64,000 nt of DNA, taken from the NCBI GenBank assembly GCA_963677925.2, contig CAXXYH010000003.1, positions 1,632,001 to 1,696,000 on the forward strand, given 5' to 3'. Each line of letters opens with the position of its first letter. The first letter of the stretch is position 1. A program made the position numbers and the translations under genes. The notes below the pieces were generated by a model. It did no database searches, was not told the origin of the DNA, and saw nothing but the letters and a program-made list of their open reading frames with translations. Below are positions 57,627 through 64,000 of this stretch, in pieces. This stretch comes from Spirochaetia bacterium. Lineage in GTDB: Bacteria; Spirochaetota; Spirochaetia; UBA9216.

Positions 57627-58055
57627 ATGCACAGACAACACGAATTCAAATGCAAAGCCCCCGTTCAGATACGTTTTGGGGATATTGACGGCCAGGGCCA
57701 TGTAAACAACGCTGTATACCAGAATTATTATGATATCGGGAGGGTAAAATACCTTTCCGAAATGCTTGGTGAACCATATATGCCCGGCGGCAAATCCCTG
57801 GTGGTGGCTTCGGTAAAAACTGATTTTCTTGCACCGGTTTTCCTGCATGATGATATAATAGTAGAATCTGCGGTGATCAAGATCGGCAATAAATCACTCA
57901 CAATGCTGCAGAGAATCAGGGAAAATCATACCGGTGAGATAAAATCCGACTGCACGACAATTTTTGCCGGCTACGATTATGACCGGGCTGAAACTATTGT
58001 AATACCGGACAGATACCGAAACGCAATAAAAGAGTACCAGAACAAGGAAGTGTAA
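57627..58055 (+). CDS. acyl-CoA thioesterase (4HBT/YbgC hot-dog family)
   Basis: RFGDIDGQGHVNNAVY..Y.D.GR. Confidence 0.9.
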   Translation: MHRQHEFKCKAPVQIRFGDIDGQGHVNNAVYQNYYDIGRVKYLSEMLGEPYMPGGKSLVVASVKTDFLAPVFLHDDIIVESAVIKIGNKSLTMLQRIRENHTGEIKSDCTTIFAGYDYDRAETIVIPDRYRNAIKEYQNKEV

Positions 58056-58056
58056 A

Positions 58057-59775
58057 ATGTTTGAAAAGGCAATGTTTGAAGCTGAATATTCCGCTGACGG
58101 AGTCAGACATACGGTTGTAATGCCGTTTCAGGCTCTTGTCAACTCAGAAGCTGTAGGCTTCAACCTGAGCCATTCAAATGACGGGAAACGGGAAAGCATA
58201 AAGGTATCAGTCATTCCCAGAGCGGAAATAAAGATTCACCGGCTTGAGCTGGTTGCTGAGTATGAATTCCATCAGGATGAAAAAATATTCCTCAACGGCT
58301 ACCAGAGCTGGACTGACAGTGCAGAACACGGCCTTCAGGACAGACAGAAGGGAATTCCCCTTTTAGGAAGAATAGTAAACCCCTACTTTCAGCTGCGGAA
58401 ATACGGAGACTATGATTTCATCCGTCAACCCTCTGCTCCCGGCGAGTTTCACGGTTTTTCGTATGGATATATTAAAAAGCAGGGCTCAAACCAGATTACT
58501 CTTCTTGGTTCTCTGAATGAACAGAACGCCTTCACTGTAATACGTTTTACAGCTGCTGCAAAAGAAATCCGTGTGAGCATGGAATGCAACAACCTTGCCA
58601 CCGACAAACCGGTAACAGCACTTCAACTCCTCTGTGTAACTGATGAGGAAAATAAGGCTTTCGATCAGTGGTTTTCAGCAATGGAGCTGCCGGCGGTAAA
58701 AACTCCCGAAATTACCGGATGGACCTCATGGTACGACCACTATGAAAATATCAGCAGTGACATAATCAATCAGAATCTCGAAGCCTTTACCAACACGAAT
58801 CTCCCTATAGAAATATTCCAGATAGATGACGGTTTTCAGACCGCAACAGGAGACTGGCTGAGCATTGACAAAGCAAAATTCCCCGAAGGGCTTGCCCCGG
58901 TGGTAGACCGTATTCATAAAAGCGGGTATAAGGCCGGATTATGGCTCGCTCCCTTTTCAGCCCAGAAGAACTCAGAGCTTGCAAAACAGCACCCGGAATG
59001 GCTCCTGAGGGATGGCAAAGGGAAGCCGGTTCAGGCAGGCATCAACTGGGGCGGTTTTTACGCTCTTGATATATACAATCAGGAGTTCAGGGACCATCTT
59101 GCTGAAGTTTTCAATACAGTTCTGAATGAGTGGGGCTTTGATATGGTCAAGCTTGACTTCCTCTACGGAGCCTGCCTTGCGCCGGAAACTCAGGGAAGAA
59201 CAAGAGGCGCGGTTATGCATGACGGTATGAAACTTCTGCGGGAACTCACCGGCAGTAAGCTGATTCTCGGCTGCGGAGTTCCGCTTGCTTCGGCATTCGG
59301 ATTGGTCGACTACTGCAGAATCGGCTGCGATGTCAGCCTTGACTGGGACGACGGGTTCAGGGGCAGCCAGATTCACCGGGAGAGACCCTCAACACTGAAC
59401 TCACTTGCAAATGCAATAGGCCGGAGGCATCTTGACGGCAGGGCCTTCAGAAACGATCCGGATGTATTCATATTAAGAGACAGAAATACAAAACTAAGCG
59501 GCGCCGAAAAAGAAACCCTGTTCAGAATCAACGCAGTTACCGGTGCTCTTGTTTTTACATCCGACAATGTTGCGGAATACAGTGACACAAGAAAGAAGAT
59601 GTTTGAATCTCTGAAGGCAAAAAAGAAAATTGAATCTGTCGAGTCTGACAGCGGAACCTATACGATCAGCTATACTGAGGGTGGAAAAGAACATATTCTA
59701 TTCGCAAACCTCTCAGATAAGACCATTTTCTACAGCGGTCTCGAGGTTCCCGCTCACTCCTCAGTTATTTTGTAG
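58057..59775 (+). CDS. GH36-family alpha-galactosidase
   Basis: NGYQSW, GWTSWY, FQIDDGFQ, KFPEG, GLWLAPF, VKLDFLY, LGCG, CRIGCD, NDPD. Confidence 0.88.
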   Translation: MFEKAMFEAEYSADGVRHTVVMPFQALVNSEAVGFNLSHSNDGKRESIKVSVIPRAEIKIHRLELVAEYEFHQDEKIFLNGYQSWTDSAEHGLQDRQKGIPLLGRIVNPYFQLRKYGDYDFIRQPSAPGEFHGFSYGYIKKQGSNQITLLGSLNEQNAFTVIRFTAAAKEIRVSMECNNLATDKPVTALQLLCVTDEENKAFDQWFSAMELPAVKTPEITGWTSWYDHYENISSDIINQNLEAFTNTNLPIEIFQIDDGFQTATGDWLSIDKAKFPEGLAPVVDRIHKSGYKAGLWLAPFSAQKNSELAKQHPEWLLRDGKGKPVQAGINWGGFYALDIYNQEFRDHLAEVFNTVLNEWGFDMVKLDFLYGACLAPETQGRTRGAVMHDGMKLLRELTGSKLILGCGVPLASAFGLVDYCRIGCDVSLDWDDGFRGSQIHRERPSTLNSLANAIGRRHLDGRAFRNDPDVFILRDRNTKLSGAEKETLFRINAVTGALVFTSDNVAEYSDTRKKMFESLKAKKKIESVESDSGTYTISYTEGGKEHILFANLSDKTIFYSGLEVPAHSSVIL

Positions 59776-59781
59776 GTAATT

Positions 59782-60504
59782 ATGGAAGTAACCTTTATAG
59801 GATCCGGAGATGCATTCGGAAGCGGAGGACGGCTGCAGCCCTGCATCATGGTAAAAAATGGAGAGCATTGCTTCACTTTCGATTTCGGGCTGTCTGCACT
59901 TATAGGCCTGAAACAGCAGCAGCTCTCTCCCAATGCTGTAGACACGATAATTCTTTCGCATCTGCATGGAGATCATTGCGGAGGAATCCCGTTTCTTCTG
60001 ATGGATGCGATGCTTGGCGCAAAACGGGAAGCTCCTCTGAGAATTTTGGGTCCTGAAGGGACCGAACATCACCTCAGCAAAATGCATGAAATACTTTTCC
60101 CCGGAAGCAGTGTCATGACTCCGAAATTCAGTGTTGACTATATTGAACTCAGTCCCGGTGATTCAATCCGCCAGGGTGATTTAACAATAACTGCAATAGA
60201 AGCAATGCATACATTAGAAACAAAGCCTCTTGCGACCAGGGTCGAAAGCAACGGGAAAAGTATTGTATATACCGGTGACGGCGCATGTACTGAAGAGCTT
60301 GTAAATCTGACGGCAGGAGCTGATCTTCTTATCGCAGAATCATATTTCTTTGATAAGCCGGTTAAATGGCACCTGAACTATCCGGATATATCGCTGCTGA
60401 AAGCAAAAAAAACTGTTTTAACACACATGAGCGATAATATGCTGAGACAAAAAGACAATATCCCGGAATTGTGCGCATATGACGGCATGAAAATAAAAAT
60501 ATAG
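59782..60504 (+). CDS. MBL-fold metallo-hydrolase (RNase Z/phosphodiesterase-like)
   Basis: GSGDAFGSGGR, SHLHGDHCGG, YTGD, LTH. Confidence 0.85.
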   Translation: MEVTFIGSGDAFGSGGRLQPCIMVKNGEHCFTFDFGLSALIGLKQQQLSPNAVDTIILSHLHGDHCGGIPFLLMDAMLGAKREAPLRILGPEGTEHHLSKMHEILFPGSSVMTPKFSVDYIELSPGDSIRQGDLTITAIEAMHTLETKPLATRVESNGKSIVYTGDGACTEELVNLTAGADLLIAESYFFDKPVKWHLNYPDISLLKAKKTVLTHMSDNMLRQKDNIPELCAYDGMKIKI

Positions 60505-60528
60505 AAAAAACCGGAAGATATATCCATG

Positions 60529-60566
60529 TTAATTGAAATCTCATAAACCCGTCATAATTTCCTAAT
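60529..60566 (+). promoter_or_regulatory. Pho-box-like 11-bp periodic direct repeats
   Basis: TTAAT (60529), CTCAT (60540), GTCAT (60551), CTAAT (60562), exactly 11 bp apart, upstream of alkaline phosphatase. Confidence 0.55.
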
Positions 60567-60617
60567 CAAACAGGCGCAGGATCTCTCTGAATTCTAAAAA
60601 ATATTTTGGAGAGAGAA

Positions 60618-62075
60618 ATGAAAAAATTAGTATCAATTCTTTTACTGGCAGTAATTCCATTCTGTCTTTTCGCGGAAGGACAGCAGGAAACCGCCGCCGC
60701 AGAAACTTCAGCCCCTGAAGTGAGCGCAAAGTACGTATTCCTTTTTATCGGAGACGGTATGGCAATGCCCCAGATCAATGCTGCAGAAGCCTACCTCAAT
60801 GCACAGAATGGCACCGCCCCCGGAGTAACAAAACTCGGCTTTACTCAGTTCCCGGCTCAGGGACTTACAACAACCTATGATGCAGGTTCTTTCATAACCG
60901 ACTCAGCATCAGCCGGAACTGCAATTGCATCGGGAAACAAAACCCTTTCCGGTGTAATCAACTACGATGCAACAAAAACAAAAACCTTCAAGACGATAGC
61001 TGAATATGCAAAGGAAGCCGGTATGAAGGTTGGTATTCTTTCAAGCGTAAACCTTGACCACGCTACTCCCGCAGCCTTCTACGCAAAACAGCAGAGCAGA
61101 AACAGCTATTACGAAATTAACATGCAGATGGCAAACAGCAATTTCGACTACTTTGCCGGCGGAATGGTACGCCTGGACAAGACTCCCGAAGGAGAAAAGT
61201 CAGCTCTTGATGTGATGAACGAAAGAGGCTGGAATGTAACCACAACAAGGGATGAGCTCAATGCCCTTACACAGGACGGAAAGCAGGTTTACGCATACTA
61301 TGCAACAAGCTTTACAAGAAACTCTCTTGACTATGCAATGGATCAGGAAGCAGATGATATCTCCCTGGTGGAATATGTCGCAAAGGGAATCGAACTTCTC
61401 GACAACGAAAACGGCTTCTTCATGATGGTTGAAGGCGGAAAGATTGACTGGGCCTGTCATGCAAATGATGCAGCAGCTTCAATCCACAACACTATTGAGT
61501 TCGACAAGTCTATTGCCGAAGCAGTGAAATTTTACAATGCACATCCCGATGAGACACTCATAGTTGTAACAGGTGACCATGAAACAGGCGGTCTTGCCCT
61601 CGGTTTCGCAGGAACAAAATACGCTTCCGCTTTCAATGAAATTGACAAGCAGAAAATGTCCTATGAAGCATTCGATAAATATGTATTCGGCCCCTACAAG
61701 GAAGCTCATGCCAACGGCGGTTCACTTGCGGACCTTATGCCGGAAATTGAAAAGAACTTCGGTCTTACAGATCTCTCAGACTACGAAAAAGAACAGCTTA
61801 CAATGGCATTCGACCAGGCTATGGGAAATGTAAAAGTAAAATCCTCTGATGAGCAGACCTACCTTCTTTACGGTGGTTATAACCCGCTTTCAATGACTCT
61901 TACACATATCCTCAACCAGAGAGCAGGTCTCGGATGGACATCATACTCGCATACAGGAGTTCCTGTTGCAACATTTGCCGAGGGTGCAGGTTCCGAAGCT
62001 TTCAACGGCTACTATGACAATACAGACATCTTCAGAAAAATGACTGCAATCATGGGACTTCAGTCAGCTAGGTAA
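60618..62075 (+). CDS. phoA: alkaline phosphatase
   Basis: FIGDGM, TDSASAGTA, HATPA, EGGKIDWACH, TGDHETGG, HTG, DNTD; signal peptide; start ATG 60618. Confidence 0.92.
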   Translation: MKKLVSILLLAVIPFCLFAEGQQETAAAETSAPEVSAKYVFLFIGDGMAMPQINAAEAYLNAQNGTAPGVTKLGFTQFPAQGLTTTYDAGSFITDSASAGTAIASGNKTLSGVINYDATKTKTFKTIAEYAKEAGMKVGILSSVNLDHATPAAFYAKQQSRNSYYEINMQMANSNFDYFAGGMVRLDKTPEGEKSALDVMNERGWNVTTTRDELNALTQDGKQVYAYYATSFTRNSLDYAMDQEADDISLVEYVAKGIELLDNENGFFMMVEGGKIDWACHANDAAASIHNTIEFDKSIAEAVKFYNAHPDETLIVVTGDHETGGLALGFAGTKYASAFNEIDKQKMSYEAFDKYVFGPYKEAHANGGSLADLMPEIEKNFGLTDLSDYEKEQLTMAFDQAMGNVKVKSSDEQTYLLYGGYNPLSMTLTHILNQRAGLGWTSYSHTGVPVATFAEGAGSEAFNGYYDNTDIFRKMTAIMGLQSAR

Positions 62076-62121
62076 AAATTACATCTAAAAATAGATTTAA
62101 AAAGAACCAGTTAATAATCAT

Positions 62122-62164
62122 GAGAGAAGTTTTGACTGCCCGGCAGTCAGAACCTTCTCTCTTT
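62122..62164 (+). terminator. stem-loop between phoA and yibE/F (partial terminator or stabiliser)
   Basis: GAGAGAAG-TTTTGACTGC-CCG-GCAGTCAGAA-C-CTTCTCTC-TTT. Confidence 0.55.
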
Positions 62165-62197
62165 AATCTGGCGAATCGGCGAAAAAAAGGGAATTAT

Positions 62198-63436
62198 ATG
62201 ATATTTGCAGATAAGACCAAAAAGAGGGATATTATTTTCAGCCTTTTCATAATACTGCTCTCAACGGTAATAATATTACTGCCTACAACCCCCGAACCAA
62301 GGACTGCAGGTAATTCTTCCAGAGCAAAGGCCGAGGTAATTTCAACTGACAACTCAGAGCTGGAACAGTACGGAATTGTAAAAACCGGGAACCAGCAGGT
62401 TGAACTTAGGATTCTGAACGGCAGATTCAGGGGAATGGAAGTATCATCTACTAACATACTTATGGGCAAACTTGAACTTGATAAAATGTTCGCCCCCGGA
62501 GACAAGGCTCTGATGGTCATCGACATGGATGAAAACAATAATTTTGTTTATGCAAATATCATTGACCACTACCGGATAAATGTAGAACTTATTCTGCTGC
62601 TTCTTTTTGTGCTGATACTGATAGGTTATGCTGGATGGACCGGTTTCAATGCTGTTTTATCATTCACATTTACAGGCATTGTAATATGGAAGATTCTGAT
62701 ACCGGGATTTCTTTCCGGAATAAATCCGGTCCTCATATCCTTCGGAACCGTGTTAATTCTGTCAGCCGCAATTATTTTTCTTATCGGAGGATTCACAAAG
62801 AAGGGTCTGACAGCCTTCACAGGAACTATTGCCGGAATACTGTTCACTTCGCTTTTTTCTATGATATTCGGTCACGCATTTCATGTTCATGGAGCAGTGA
62901 AACCCTTTTCGGAAACTCTGCTGTATTCCGGTTACGCCTACCTTGATCTCAACCTCATCTTCCTTTCGGGAATCTTCATTGCTTCTTCGGGTGCCGTCAT
63001 GGATATTGCAATGGATATTGCAGCATCGATGCATGAGATCAAACATAAACGCCCCGATATAAGCTTCAGAGAACTTCTGAAATCAGGTTTCAAGGTTGGA
63101 AGGTCTGTGATAGGAACAATGACGACGACCCTGCTGCTCGCTTATTCCGGCGGATTCACCGCACTTCTCATGGTCTTTATGGCTCAGGGAACACCGCTTA
63201 TGAACATACTCAACCTCAGTTATGTAAGTGCAGAGATTCTTCATACTCTTGTGGGAAGCTTCGGTCTTGTACTGGTTGCCCCGCTGACGGCAATCACCGG
63301 GGCACTCATATTCTCACATAAAGATACAGGCTCTTATGATAAATCTTCAGGATTATCAGACACAGCGGCACCGGACACCGTCGTATCAGAAGTCTCATTG
63401 GACAAAGTACCCGTGCTATCAGGACTGTCACAGTAG
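62198..63436 (+). CDS. YibE/F-family membrane protein
   Basis: GAVMDIAMDIAAS, SGF.VGR..IGTMTTTLLLAYSG, LVGSFGLVL..PLT; start moved to ATG 62198. Confidence 0.88.
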   Translation: MIFADKTKKRDIIFSLFIILLSTVIILLPTTPEPRTAGNSSRAKAEVISTDNSELEQYGIVKTGNQQVELRILNGRFRGMEVSSTNILMGKLELDKMFAPGDKALMVIDMDENNNFVYANIIDHYRINVELILLLLFVLILIGYAGWTGFNAVLSFTFTGIVIWKILIPGFLSGINPVLISFGTVLILSAAIIFLIGGFTKKGLTAFTGTIAGILFTSLFSMIFGHAFHVHGAVKPFSETLLYSGYAYLDLNLIFLSGIFIASSGAVMDIAMDIAASMHEIKHKRPDISFRELLKSGFKVGRSVIGTMTTTLLLAYSGGFTALLMVFMAQGTPLMNILNLSYVSAEILHTLVGSFGLVLVAPLTAITGALIFSHKDTGSYDKSSGLSDTAAPDTVVSEVSLDKVPVLSGLSQ

Positions 63437-64000
63437 TCGTCGACTATTTCCTCAGGATTCTCAAAATCCTCAGGACAGCCTTCAGTTTTAAAACGGCTTA
63501 TCTGCGAATTAAGGGTATCGGCTTCGTCGCTTAGACGTGAGCTGATATCAGAAACTATCTCTACACTTGATTTAATTTCATTTACACCCTGTGTTATACC
63601 GCCCATTCTGGAAATAACATCCCGGGTCACACGTTCTACCATACTGTAGGCGACCTCAAGCTGGCTGGAGGCTTCCTCCATTTCCCTGCCGCCGTTCTCT
63701 ACATTTGAAGCGGTACCTCTAAGGCTTGTCATTGCATCAAGTATCTGCTTGCCGCCAATTGAAAGCTCATCCATGCTTCCGGAAATCTCATCCAGTGCGC
63801 GGGCTACTCCCACTACCTCACGATTTATATCAACAAACGAACCCTTTGTATCCTCACCGGCAGAAGCAGCTTTTTCTATATTCTCAATCACCGACTTAAT
63901 AACAGCGCTGATCCGTTTGGAACTTTGTCCTGATGCATCGGAAAGCTTCCTTATCTCTTCAGCTACGACAGCAAAACCTGCGCCGTATTCGCCGGCATGT
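63334..64000 (-). CDS. methyl-accepting chemotaxis protein, C-terminal part (5' end outside window)
   Basis: Frame stays open to the window edge and reads HAGEYGAGFAVVAEEIRKLS, the MCP signalling-tip signature. Confidence 0.92.
   Translation of the reverse strand, partial: HAGEYGAGFAVVAEEIRKLSDASGQSSKRISAVIKSVIENIEKAASAGEDTKGSFVDINREVVGVARALDEISGSMDELSIGGKQILDAMTSLRGTASNVENGGREMEEASSQLEVAYSMVERVTRDVISRMGGITQGVNEIKSSVEIVSDISSRLSDEADTLNSQISRFKTEGCPEDFENPEEIVDDYCDSPDSTGTLSNETSDTTVSGAAVSDNPEDLS

Noticed and set aside
1-64000. CRISPR array, tRNA/rRNA, IS elements, prophage, retron/DGR or selenoprotein read-through
   Set aside because: No repeat-spacer array, cloverleaf, transposase, integrase, reverse transcriptase or TGA-interrupted conserved ORF was seen by eye. 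An Infernal or tRNAscan run would be needed to exclude small RNAs fully.

Overview
About 64 kb of an AT-leaning bacterial chromosome, probably a free-living anaerobic spirochaete. That assignment is inferred from the [A/S]-x-G-x-x-[E/D] motif after the signal peptides and from the gene content; no marker gene is present. The window is dense with about 60 CDSs, mostly accessory carbohydrate and redox metabolism. It holds a TetR/GPH-symporter/GH78 rhamnosidase locus, an AraC-linked redox operon (cupin, CMD, two Fe-S aldo-keto reductases, flavodoxin, Bcr efflux, DUF362, permease), and an orphan Dam methylase. It also holds a URO-D-family/sugar ABC/ROK operon, TRAP and TTT transporters (the latter with a DgoD-like dehydratase, a B3-type metallo-hydrolase and DUF3237), a DUF4037-DUF4125 pair, ferritin, and an HTH-fused orphan N6-adenine methylase. 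Further on lie a large DeoR operon, GH36, alkaline phosphatase with YibE/F behind a Pho-box-like array, and the 3' end of an MCP. No rRNA, tRNA, CRISPR array, transposase or integrase was recognised. The best candidate for an undescribed system is the DeoR operon (46.3-57.5 kb), which joins sorbose/sorbitol-type sugar enzymes to an atypical 2-oxoacid/acyloin dehydrogenase complex. Next come the cysteine-less N-terminal motif shared by five exported proteins, the URO-D sugar operon and the DUF4037/DUF4125 pair. All family calls come from reading motifs by eye; no database searches were run.
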